Part shown: positions 25,023-35,841 of the stretch, one piece after another | Layout: the number at the start of each line of letters is the position of its first letter | Position numbering within the stretch: position 1 is the stretch's first letter | Assembly: GCA_030390025.1 (NCBI GenBank) | Contig: CM059432.1 | Location: 82,958,001 to 83,022,000, forward strand | Direction: 5' to 3' | Length of the DNA: 64,000 nt | From: Squalus acanthias | Lineage: Eukaryota | Made by a program: the position numbers and the translations under genes | The notes under the pieces: generated by a model | Told to the model about the DNA's origin: nothing | Databases searched by the model: none | What the model saw: the letters and a program-made list of their open reading frames with translations, nothing else

Positions 25023-26248
25023 ATAGATAAAGGGAGAACCAGTAGATGTGGTGTATTTGGACTTTCAAAAGGCTTTCGATAAGGTCCCGCATAAGAGATT
25101 AGCGTGTAAAGTTAAGGCACATGGGATTGGGGGCAAGGTATTGACTTGGATAGAGAACTGGTTGGCAGACAGAAAGCAGAGAGTAGGAATTAACGGATCT
25201 TTTTCCAAGTGGCAGGCAGTGACTAGTGGGGTACCGCAGGGATCGGTCCTTGGACCCCAGCTATTCACAATATATATAAATGATCTGGATAAGGCAACTA
25301 AATGTAATATCTCCAAGTTTGCAGATGACACAAAGCTGGGTGGGCGTGTGTGCTCCAAGGAGGATACCGAGAAACTCCAGGATGATTTGGACAGGTTGGG
25401 TGAGTGGGCAGAAGCGTGGCAGATGCAATATAACGTGGATAAATGCGAGGTTATCCACTTTGGTGACAAAAACAGAAAGGCAGACTATTATCTGAATGGC
25501 AATAGATTGGGAGAAGGGGAAGTGCAACGAGACCTGGGTGTCCTTGTGCACCAGTCGCTGAAGGTAAGCATGCAGGTGCAGCAGGCGGTGAAGGCGGCAA
25601 ATGGTATGTTGGCCTTCATAGCGAAAGGGTTTGAGTATAGGAACAGGGATGTCCTGCTGCAGTTGTACAGGGCCTTGGTGAGACCACACCTTGAGTACTG
25701 TGTGCAGTTTTGGTCGCCTTATCTGAGGAAGGATGTTCTTGCCATGGAAGGAGTTCAGCGAAGATTCACAAGGCTGATACCTGGGATGGCAGGAATGACA
25801 TATGAGGAGAGATTGGGTCGATTGGGCTTATACTCGCTGGAGTATAGAAGAATGAGAGGGGATCTCAGCGAAACATATAAAATTCTGACAGGTCTGGACA
25901 AACTAGATGCAGGATGAATGTTCCCGATGGTCGGAGAGTCCAGAACCAGGGGTCATGATCTAAGGATAAGGGGTAAGCCATTTAGGACAGAAATGAGGAA
26001 GAATTTCTTCACCCAGAGAGTGGTGAACCTGTGGAATTCTCTACCACAGAAGGTAGTTGAGGCCAAGTCATTAAATATATTCAAGAATGAGTTAGATATA
26101 TTTCTTAAAGCTAAAGGTATCAAGGGATATGGGGAGAAGGCAGGTACAGGGTACTGAGTTTGGATGATCAGCCATGATCTCATCGAATGGCGGAGCAGGC
26201 TCAAGGGGCCGAATGGCCTACTCCTGCTCCTATCTTCTATGTTTCTGT
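25023..26248 (+). mobile_element. Young 5'-truncated CR1 LINE (RT domain, single nonsense codon)
   Basis: ORFs 25048-25917 and 25918-26157 are in the same frame, split by one TGA; YLDFQKAFDKVPH, GVPQGSVLGP, FADDTK; tail tcttctatgtttctgtgt. Confidence 0.95.
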
Positions 26249-26401
26249 GTAAAGCAAACCCAAGGGTTACATCGAATTTACAGCACAGAAACAGGCCAAT
26301 CGGCCCAACAGGTCTATGCCGGTGTTTATGCTCCACACGAGCCTCCTCTCCCCTTACTGCATTTTACCCTATCAACATTTCCTTCTATTCCTTGCTCCTT
26401 C

Positions 26402-26645
26402 TTGATTGCCGTGATTATCTCTCTGCCGAGGTGTGATAAAGGGCAGTTGGAAAGATTAACTGTAATCATCTGGCTGTGTTCTCTGACTATATATGCTGTG
26501 CCGATATGTATCTCTTCACTTCACCTGACGAAGGAGCAGCGCTCCGAAAGCTTGTGATTTCAAATAAACCTGTTGGACTATAACCTGGTGTTGTGCGACT
26601 TCTCACATTTGTCCACCCCAGTCCAACACCGGCATCTCCACATCA
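26402..26645 (+). mobile_element. Penelope-like solo pLTR (family 1)
   Basis: Homologous to 27540-27798; ends ...ggcatctccacatca; TSD ttgctccttc / tttctccttc (26392-26401, 26646-26655). Confidence 0.8.
26521..26557 (+). ncRNA. Minimal type I hammerhead ribozyme motif
   Basis: TCAC-CTGACGA-A-GGAGC-AGC-GCTCC-GAAA-GC-TT-GTGA: intact CUGANGA and GAAA cores, 5-bp stem II, stem I TCAC/GTGA, palindromic AGCT mini stem III. Confidence 0.75.
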
Positions 26646-27086
26646 TTTCTCCTTCATGTACTTAGCTAGCTTCCACTTAAATGCATCTATGCTATTCACC
26701 TGAACTACTTCATGTGGTAGCGAGTTCCACATTCTCATCAATCTCTGGGTAAAGAAGTTTCTCCTGAATTCCCTATTGGATTTATTAGTGACTCTCTTAT
26801 ATTTATGGACCCCAGTTTTGGATTCCCCCACAAGTCTTCTCTGTTCTGGTATCATCCTTGTAAATCTTTTTTGCACCTTCTCCAGTGCTTCTATATCCTT
26901 TTTATAAAAACAACTGCGCACACCACTTTAAGTGTGGTCTAACCAAGGTTCTACATGTTTAACATTATTTCTCTGCTTTTGAATTCTGTTCCTATAGAAA
27001 TTAATCCCAGTGCTTTGTTTGCATTTTTTAGACAAAAATGAGAAGTCGCACAACACCAGGTTATAGTCCAACAGTTTTATTTGAAA

Positions 27087-27123
27087 TCATGAGCTTTCGG
27101 AGCGCTGCTCCTTCGTCAGGTAA
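27087..27123 (-). ncRNA. Minimal hammerhead ribozyme motif (sense to NCOA2 pre-mRNA)
   Basis: Reverse complement TTAC-CTGACGA-A-GGAGC-AGC-GCTCC-GAAA-GC-TC-ATGA; cores intact, stem I imperfect. Confidence 0.65.
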
Positions 27124-27673
27124 AGTGAAGGAATACAAATCAGCAAAGCATATATAGACAGAGAACAATGTGTAGCGTACAATGTCAGACGACTACAGTA
27201 AATCTTTCTGACTGCCCTCACACCTCGGCAGAGAGACAATCAGGCCAGTCAGGCAGGCATTACATCAAAGACACAGCAAAATACAGCTAAGACAATGAGG
27301 TGGGGTCACAGGGGGTCCAACGTGTCAAATGCTGCAGTCTGTATGGTTAAGCTTTTTACTTTTTTTAAAAACTGGAAATCACATCTGTGAACAAGCCAAC
27401 GACGACTCGAGTCTGGATGACTCTACGTCATGTAGCGTGACATGAAACCAAGATCCCGGTTGAGGCCGTCCTCATGGGTGCGATACTTGGCTATCAGTTT
27501 CTGCTCGATGATTTTGCTGTGTCTTTGACGTAATGCCTTCCTGACTGGCCTGATTGTATCTCTGCCGAGGTGTGATGGAGGGCAGTCAGAAAGATTTACT
27601 GTAGTCGTCTGACATTGTACGCTACACATTGTTCTCTGTCTATATATGCTTTGCTGATTTGTATTCCTTCACT

Positions 27674-27710
27674 TTACCTGACGAAGGAGCAGCGCTCCGA
27701 AAGCTCATGA
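27674..27710 (+). ncRNA. Minimal hammerhead ribozyme motif
   Basis: TTAC-CTGACGA-A-GGAGC-AGC-GCTCC-GAAA-GC-TC-ATGA, identical to the minus-strand copy. Confidence 0.65.
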
Positions 27711-28876
27711 TTTCAAATAAAACTGTTGGACTATAACCTGGTGTTGTGCGACTTCTCATTTTTGTCCACCCCAGTCCAACACCGGCATCTCCGCATCATG
27801 CATTTTTTAGGCTTTGTTAACATGTGTTGCTACTTTTAATGATTTGTGAATCTGTACCCCTAGATCCCTTTGCGCCTCTATCGCATTTAGACTCTTATTT
27901 TCCAAGGAGTAGGTCGCCTCCTTATTCCTTCTATCTAATTGCACCACCTCAGACTTATCTATATTGAAGTTAATTTGCAATTTACACGCCCATTCAGCAA
28001 GTTTGTTTTAAGTCTTGTGTTTTGTGTTGTTGTGGCTTTTAATATTGCCTCCTGATCTTAATGATTCTCCGCCTTCAACTGTATTGATTTGACTTGTATG
28101 GATACCCAAGTAAGCCAGGTTATTTCAAGTGCAAGCTAGCAGGTCAAATGTATATAATATGGTTATCAAGAGCTTTTTTCAAGCCTCTCCTGGTTCTACT
28201 AGGGAAATAAGTTTTGAGAAAGTGTGTTCCATGGATAAGAAAGGGAAACACAAGGGATCACGGTCATCTCCCAGATCCCCAGTTAAAGCTCGTAGATCCA
28301 TGTGGTAGGTGTTCTCCCGTGCAGAACTAATATCCATTTCAGAACACTGATTTTTGTTTGTTTCTGTACTTTTTGTTAGAATCAGATCTTTTGTACAGAC
28401 TTGGTCGGTGCACATTGCTGATTTCAGAAAATCTTTTGAATCCAAAAGACAGAACCACGATATCGAAGACAGACAGGTCAGGTTTTTGTACCATGTGGCC
28501 ATTGAAGAATCTTCTTACAGTTGTCTGTAGACATTGCCAATCTTAGAAATAGTTTCTGAAAATCAGCTTCTAGTTCAGGTTATTGCTGTTAATAGCACTG
28601 TATCAAACTTTTTGATGTGTACTTTAAACATGGTGGACCACCTTTTTACCCAGATTTTCAAAATTGTTATGAATGAAGCCAGAGATCCCATGTCAGTAAT
28701 GCTGCAAAATGTAGTGGTGTTGCACTGATGCTTTTGAATCATAGCAAGTCACAAATTTAACAGTAAGGATTCAACAATAGAATACTGAACAATACCATGT
28801 GGTGTTGGTTTATTCTGATATGTTGGCTTTTTCCAGAGTTGTTTTTGATCAAGTTTATTATTGACATACTAGTGTT

Positions 28877-29178
28877 GCAACAACAACAACAACAACTTGT
28901 ATTTATATAGCACCTTTAACGTAGTAAAACATCCCAAGGCGCTGCACAGGAGTATTTTAAGACAAAAAATGTCACCGAGCTACATAAGGATAAATTAGGG
29001 AATGTGACCAAAAGCTTGGTCAAAGAGGTAGGTTTTAAGGAGCATCTTAAAGGAGGAAAGAGGTGTAGCGAAGCGGATAGGTTTCGGCAGGGAATTCCAG
29101 AGCTTGGGGCCTAGGCAACAGAAGGCACGGCCACCAAAGGTTGAGCGATTACCATCAGGGATGCTCAAGAGGGCAGAA
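28877..29178 (-). mobile_element. L2 LINE 3' end
   Basis: (caa)n tail plus cttgtatttatatagcacctttaacgtagtaaaacatcccaaggcgc; matches 9412-9700. Confidence 0.85.
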
Positions 29179-30229
29179 GCCAGATGGGCTGGAATTCTAT
29201 TTCTGAGAGACTACTTTATGTTGAAAGTACTTCCATTAATAATGAATTGGTGTGCAGCTGATATTTGTAATGTAACTTTTAACAAATGACTGAAAAACTG
29301 TCAAACTTACTCATTACTAATTTAGAGTTGGGGTGAAGCTTGGACATTACTCTGAAGCTTTCTAAATGTTGATCACAGACACCTTGCAAACAAAAGCTAG
29401 CAAAAATATAAACTGGACATTACAAAGTATAAGTCTGAAAGAAATTGAATGTAACAGGAGAAAAATGCTGACAAGGAACAGAGAGTAACAAAGTAAACGT
29501 ATGGGGAGAGAAAGACAGTACAGGAAGTAGAAAGGAGTGTACACACCGAGTTAATGACTATCTCGGTTTTAATTCATCGCTCTCATTGATGGGTATGTCC
29601 TTTAAGCTAGACTTCTGAGAAAAGCATTGAAAAGTAATTTGAAATGTTTTCAATTGTTTGATTTACAAAAATGACTGAATGATGAAAGTGCTCCCTTTAA
29701 TTTTATGAAAATTTCCTATAATCAAAATATTTCCCATATATTACAAGACTTCATTGCTATTCTACTGTCTCTACTTTTTTGATTTGTGGGGGTTCTTCAC
29801 GTTGCTGCTTCTGCAACGGTGCTCATCAAGTAGGAAAGGATGTGAAGGAGGATGTGTTGTCAGAACGAAAGTAAAAAACACTATTTTAACATTGATATGA
29901 GAAAGCATTGGTGTCAACACAATCCACAAGACTTCTCAAAAGAGTTAACTCTTTAAGGACCACATTTTTGCACCACAACAAAGAACATTTTTATGCAAAG
30001 TACGGAGACTATTAATATGATCTATAGCCCCTTAATGTCACTAGTCACAGATAGTGCTAGTTCTGTACACAGGCATTTGGTGCTGCTGCCTAGCTTGCTG
30101 CCCGGTCCTTCCTATGTATGTGTAACAAATATATGTGCATACACACACAGTAATATTCACACAGACCCACTGTGTCCTCCCACTTTGAAAAATTTTCAAT
30201 CCATCTTTGTTCACTCCCACCAATACCAT

Positions 30230-30405
30230 GGGGACAAATCTCCACAGACCTTCTCCCACTCGCCTGCCATAACTTTGGCGGAAGAGCCGTAGAAACCCCA
30301 GAAACATGGCGTAAATGGCACTTTAGTCATTTTGCCGGGGTTTCTGCGGCTTTTCCAGTGAAGTTATGATGGGCGAGTAGAAGAAACCCCACTGAAATTC
30401 ACCCC
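30230..30405. mobile_element. Short palindromic MITE
   Basis: ggggacaaatc / aaattcacccc ends; arms actcgcctgccataactttggcggaagagccgtagaaacccc / ggggtttctgcggcttttccagtgaagttatgatgggcgagt. Confidence 0.75.
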
Positions 30406-30511
30406 ATTGTCTGCTGATTGCGTGTACTGGTTTTCTTTGAGCTACCTTATTAATGATCTTACTAAGATCCAAGTATATTACATCTACATTCGCTCAAATA
30501 GCCACCTAGAG

Positions 30512-30770
30512 TAGAGATGTCCAAAATTTTGTAGTTGGGTACTGGATACATGTGACAGTGAGTGGGCTACATAGAATTACTCACAAATGTGAAATCCCCA
30601 AAAGTTAGAGCCCCCTTTTCCAATTCTTCAGGTCTAGGATCTATAAAGCTACTGAAGTTGGGTTTGAACACAAGTGCAGAGGACAGGAACTGGTAGGAGC
30701 TCCATGGGCCAGATCAAAAGGAGCTTTCAAGCCACATTTGGCCCTGCAGGTCGCTTCTTGGACACCTCTG
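30512..30770. mobile_element. Non-autonomous hAT (Charlie-like) DNA transposon
   Basis: TIRs tagagatgtccaa / ttggacacctctg and 8-bp TSD acctagag / acctaaag (30504-30511, 30771-30778). Confidence 0.8.
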
Positions 30771-32178
30771 ACCTAAAGCATTGCAGCAGTTTTGGAAATC
30801 TCACTACAGAAAGGATGTAGCTGAGCTGGAAAACGTACAGTAAAATGCTACTGTGGTGAAGTTAGAGAATTAAACATATTGGGATTGACTCAAGGATATG
30901 GGACTCTTCTCATTGGAAAGACAACAACTGAGGGGAGTTAGGATTGAGATTCCAAATCCAGCCAACTACTAAGATGGTACAAGGACAGCCCAATGTCAAA
31001 TTGTTTACGGATATTACTTCTCTTCTGCTGCAAACTGTTTAGCTTTCCCTTGCACGATGTGCCGAAATGGCCTCCTTCCGTGCTGTACCTAATCAGCAGC
31101 GTGGTTAAGATCAACAACTCAGCTGGGTGACAAAAGGACATAGTCACATAACCACTTGAAGGCCACTACTCCATTGTACTCTCTTGCCTTTTGGAAGCAC
31201 TTCTTTTGAAAAAAGTAGTAGTTGGCACAATTAACCCACGTTAAATTTAAAAAAGGAACTTCTCCCTAGGCCAAAGTATATAAAGATATTGATCAATGTG
31301 TAGTATTATGCTATACAGATCGAGAAAATCCCAGCCTCAATTATCAACAATTATTAGGCAGTTAGCCTAACTGCCCTTGTGAAGTAAAAGAAAGTGGGAG
31401 CTCCAAACAGCTATCCAGTAATTTCTATGGTAAATGTTTATGTGCGAATGTCAGGTGAAAAGACTCAGCCTCCACCTTGATGCCTTCACATTCTAAGCTA
31501 TAGATGACGGCTGGCCCAGTTAAATGTGGTATCAGATGTCTGGTGGTACCCATGAAACCAAATAGTGAATACCATCAGGACAAAAGGGGAGTAAAATGGC
31601 AAAAAAAATACTGGTGTAACTGCACCTTAAGCCTGCATGGTGCACTGCATAAATATAGTTTGGGCATGTTCTTGGAGGCAATGCTCGTAGATCCTTTAAC
31701 CTTGGCTCTTGCTGACCTGTGCCCAACTTCTCTGAACTTAAATATTTCCATAGGGAAGAGAATGTGAACTCTATATTGGGCAAACAACCTCTACTTTTGT
31801 GGATTTCTCAATACTGTGATTTTGGAAATTCAATACGAGACACCCAGCTAACCAAAAAATGGCAGGATCTTTAGAGGATGAAGTACAGTCACCTTCACTC
31901 CTCCCAACATTGACAGGAGCTAGATTATCTCCTTCCATCAACTATCAGATAGATTCCACCTCACTACACATGAACAATACTGCTACCTCCAAACTAAATA
32001 GTTCCTCTAGGACCTGGAAACTCTGCAAAAGTGATGCCATGAGCCATCAGGAAGGTACACTGCCCACACATTCAATTGCTCGGACAGCAGTTTATATGAG
32101 GGCATAGAGAACATAAAATTCTCAAATCCTGCAGAGAGAAGTTTGTGCCTTTTGGGCCTCGACACTGAAGAACGCGAC

Positions 32179-32258
32179 CTACTTCATTGGCTGTAAAGCG
32201 CTTTGGGACGTCCTGTGGTTGTGAAAGGCGCTATAGAAATGCAAGTCTCTTTTTTTTT
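32179..32258 (+). mobile_element. Deu-SINE 3' tail fragment
   Basis: tacttcattggctgtaaagcgctttgggacgtcctgtggttgtgaaaggcgctatagaaatgcaagtc. Confidence 0.75.
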
Positions 32259-32601
32259 CAATATTTAATATAAGATTTAATATATAGATTTGTTTACTTT
32301 TTAAAGAGTCCACCTACCTCCCCACCACCCCCCCCCCACCCCACCCCCCCACCCCCAACGCATTAACAATTTGGTTAAAAATAAAGTCACAGGCCATATC
32401 TCTGTGGATAAGGCAGAGCTATTGTTTTCTAAAATGTCAGTTGAAATCCAAGGCCAGGTACCAATATTTCATTGAAGTGTAGAAACCTGGTCAACTTGAA
32501 AATCAGGTGAAAGAAAGGTAAACATTGCCCTCAAAAGCTTGACCCTGGAAAAGAAACTGGCAGGGATTGTGTAGGTGTTTAGGTTCTCAAAGCTCTATCC
32601 A

Positions 32602-33071
32602 AGAAAGAAGACTTGCATTTATATAGCGCCTTTCACAACCACCAGACATCCCAAAGCGCTTTACAGCCAATAAAGTACTTTTTGACGTGTAGTCACTGTT
32701 GTAATGTAGGAAACGCGGCAGCTAATTTGCACACAGCAAGCTCCCACAAACAGCAATGTGATAGGGACCAGATAATCTGTTTTAAGTGCTGTTGATTGAG
32801 GGATAAATATTGGCCTGGACACCGGGGTTAACTCCCCTGCGCTTCTTCGAAATAGTGCCACGGGATCTTTTATGTCCACCTGAGGGCAGACGGGGCCACG
32901 GTTTAACATCTCATCCAAAAGACGGCACCTCTGATAGTGCAGCACTCCCTCAGCACTGCACTGGAGTGTCAGCCTAGATTTCTGTGCTCGGCACAAGTCT
33001 GTGGAGTGGGACTTGAACCCACAAACTTCTGACTCAGGCGAGGGTGCTACCAACTGAGCCACGGCTGACAC
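32602..33071 (-). mobile_element. Full-length Deu-domain SINE (SacSINE1-like)
   Basis: Minus strand: gtggctcagttggtagc (A box), gggttcaagtccc (B box), Deu core taaaccgtggcccc...taaaagatcccgtggcact, L2-like tail. Confidence 0.88.
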
Positions 33072-34671
33072 GAACTAATTACTCCTCGAGTTCAGGTTTC
33101 AACTGTACCATCTGACCAGAAATCAGCTTACATTACATCTACTGACAAGAATGGATTGGCAAAGACAAGGATAGTCACCTACTGCTGATAATTAAAATTC
33201 ACAAAAATCAAAATGGGAATTAGTTGCTAATCTTGCTTTGCAACAAATCAGGTTGACACTCAATCTTACTGCCGAGACAAAAATCAGAGCAGTAACCCTT
33301 AATATTTCTACAGCCGTTCACGGGTACAGCATTCCTAGCTTCACTAATTAAGTACATCTGTTAAGCTACTGAATTCCACATGCAACTTCCCAAGAGGATG
33401 ATAAACTGGCATTCATCTATCAAAATGGTGACTAGGGCTCTTTCAGGAAAACATACTTGACCCAACTGATGTTGGGCCAGTGGATCACATCCAAAGTGAT
33501 GCTTACTTCATGATGAATAGTGTCACACACTCCAGAAATCTCAATTGTAGGGCAACTAACAAACCGTTGCAACAGAGGGGGCAGATTTAGGCAGTGGACA
33601 GACAAATGGTGTTATCTTCAATATTAAGATGGCCAAGTCAATAACTTGGTTGAGAGAGATAAATTTTGATGCTGTTCACACATCACTACAAGGGTTTGAA
33701 GTTCTATTCAGTTAAAGATATGCAGCTTCTTGGCAACCCTGTTTGACAGTCTACAGAGGGGGAGTAAAAAAACTCTGGTGCCCCTTGGACTAAGCACAGT
33801 TTAAAACTCTGCAAACCAGTGGACTCGAGTAAGGTCTACTCCTTAACTTAGCCCAAAATCAAGAGGTTTGGACAGGCGCAGTCCCTACAAGGTGATGATT
33901 TATGACTGGAAAAGCTCCACACCTGTCCCTGGTGATCAAGACAGCCTCCATATTTATCCCAGGACCAGCGTGTCTAATCTTCCTAACTAGCACATTGAGT
34001 CTGATGTAGATTAGTATAGTTTCAAATTCTATGGGACTGTGGTGGCAATCTCGAGATCCAACAGGTCATGTTCCTGTGGTGCTACAATATTACTCCCATT
34101 ATAATTTACAAACAAATTTGTGGTGTGTTTTTTTTTTAAATTAAAAGCCCAACTACGTGCCATAAACAATTGTAAGCATTCCCAACATTGGCCCATGGTG
34201 TTCTCAAGTGTGCTGATACGTTAAACAGATGCTAGTTTAGCTGGACCACTATACACTTGTGAATTCAGGTCTACTGACGGGACCTCTATATTTTCCTTCT
34301 CATTGCTCAGATCTGTATAGTTATACTAATCAAACATTTAAACTACAAACTATTGTTTGCTTTAGGACTGTTATTTCTCTGTTCTGTTCAATCTGAAAAT
34401 CCTTAAAAAGGATAAGGTGGGGGTGGGGGGACATTTTTAAAAATTTGGCCCACGCCCTTATAATGAACAAAATATGCAAAATATCTCACTTGGAGAACTT
34501 GGCCCTTTCAGTTTTGTTTCTACACGCCCCCACCTCTCCCAAATAAAATTAATTTAGCGCTCCTGATAAATTCTGAATCAACAATTTCCTCTCAGGAATC
34601 AGAGATTCGTAGAATCTTACAGTACACAACAAGGCCATTCAGACCGTCATGCGTGTGCCTGCTCTTTGAAA

Positions 34672-34934
34672 CGGTAGCATAGTGGTTATGTTACTGGACT
34701 AATGATCTGGAGACACGAGTTCAAATCCCACCACAGCAGCTGGGGAATCTCAATTAAATAAATCTGGAATAAAAAGTTAGTGTCATTAACGGTGACCATG
34801 AAACTACCGGATTGTCGTAACAACCCATCGAGTTCACTAATGGAAACCTGCCGTCCTTGCCCAGTCTGGCCTATATGTGACTCCAGACCCACAGCAAAGT
34901 GGTTGGCTCTTAATTGCCCTCTGAAAGGGCCTAG
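34672..34934 (+). mobile_element. tRNA-derived SINE (second family), 3'-truncated
   Basis: A box ggtagcatagtggtta, B box gagttcaaatccc, body gaccatgaaactaccggattgtcgtaa...gactccagacccacagcaa. Confidence 0.7.
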
Positions 34935-35510
34935 CAGAGACTATGCCCCCTAGTTCTAGACTCGCCAGCCAGGGGAGACAACCTCTCAGCATCTACCCTG
35001 TCAATCCCCTTCAGAATCTTGTATGTTTCAATGAGATCACCACTCATTCTTCTAAACTTCAGACAATATAGGCCCATTCTACTCAATCTCTCCTCATAGG
35101 ACAACCCTCTCATCCCATGGATCAATCTAGTGAACCTTCGTTGCACCACCTCTGAGGCAAGTATGCCCTTCCTCAGATAACGAGATGAAAACTGTGCACA
35201 GTACTCCAGGTGTGGTCTCACCAAAGCCCCGTACAATTGTAGTAAGACTTCATTACTCTTGTATTCCAACCTCCTTGTAATAAAGGCCAACATGTCATTT
35301 GCCTTCCTAATTGCTTGCTGTACCTGCATGCTAACTTTGTGTTTCCTGTACAAGGACAGCTAAATCTCTCTGAACACCAACATTTAATAGTTAATCACCA
35401 TTTAAAAAATATTCTGCTTTTCTATTCTTCCAACCAGAAAGTGAACCACCTCACATTTCCCCACATTATACTCCATCTACCACTTTATTGCCCACTCACT
35501 TAACCTGTCC
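34935..35510 (-). mobile_element. CR1 LINE fragment
   Basis: ORF 34931-35353 QVQQAIRKAND...RPHLEYCAQF...SRTRGHSL. Confidence 0.88.
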
Positions 35511-35514
35511 AACA

Positions 35515-35757
35515 TCTATGGTGCCTTCAGCTGCCTAGGCCCCAAGCTCTGGAACTCCCTCCCTAAACCTCTCTGTCTCTCTACCTCTCTCTCCTCCTTT
35601 AAGATGCTCCTTAAAACCTACCCCTCTGACCAAGCTTTTGGTCATCTGCCCTAATTTCTTCTTAAGTGGCTCGGTGTCAAATTGTTGTCTTATAACACTC
35701 CTATGAAGTGCCTTGGGACGTTTTACTACGTTAAAGGTGCTATATAAATACAAGTTA
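35515..35757 (+). mobile_element. L2 LINE 3' end
   Basis: gccttcagctgcctaggccccaagctctggaactccctccc...ttaaaggtgctatataaatacaagtt. Confidence 0.85.
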
Positions 35758-35759
35758 TC

Positions 35760-35840
35760 ATCTGATGAAAGCTCATCAACCTGAAATGTTAACTCTGTTT
35801 CTCTCTCCAGATGCTGCCTGACCTGAGTATTTCCAACATA
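35760..35840 (+). mobile_element. PLE family 2 fragment with degenerate hammerhead motif
   Basis: CTGATGA-A-AGCTC-ATC-AACCT-GAAA-TG-TT-AACT (35762-35794); stem II is mutated. Confidence 0.6.
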
Positions 35841-35841
35841 A

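Larger units (their letters stand above)
27032..27798. mobile_element. Penelope-like element with inverted pLTRs and GIY-YIG C-terminal remnant
   Basis: Perfect 12-bp TSD tgcattttttag (27020-27031, 27799-27810); inverted arms 27031-27282 and 27511-27766; spacer encodes IEQKLIAKYRTHEDGLNRDLGF on the minus strand (GLN motif typical of the PLE GIY-YIG end). Confidence 0.88.
26268..28010 (-). mobile_element. CR1 LINE 3' fragment, host of two PLE insertions
   Basis: 3' tail at 26268-26340; ORF 26643-26921 KKDIEALEKVQKRFTRMIP...FFTQR; sequence resumes after each TSD-bounded insertion. Confidence 0.8.

Noticed and set aside
28179..28728. 107-aa minus ORF containing LLDSKDF and neighbouring ORFs as a possible exon or transposase
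   Set aside because: No recognisable domain, no convincing splice pair, and it lies upstream of the NCOA2 start codon. A tblastx search would be needed.
32990..33071. tRNA gene (also 34672-34735 and 58468-58525)
   Set aside because: A/B boxes are SINE heads followed by SINE bodies; no complete cloverleaf.
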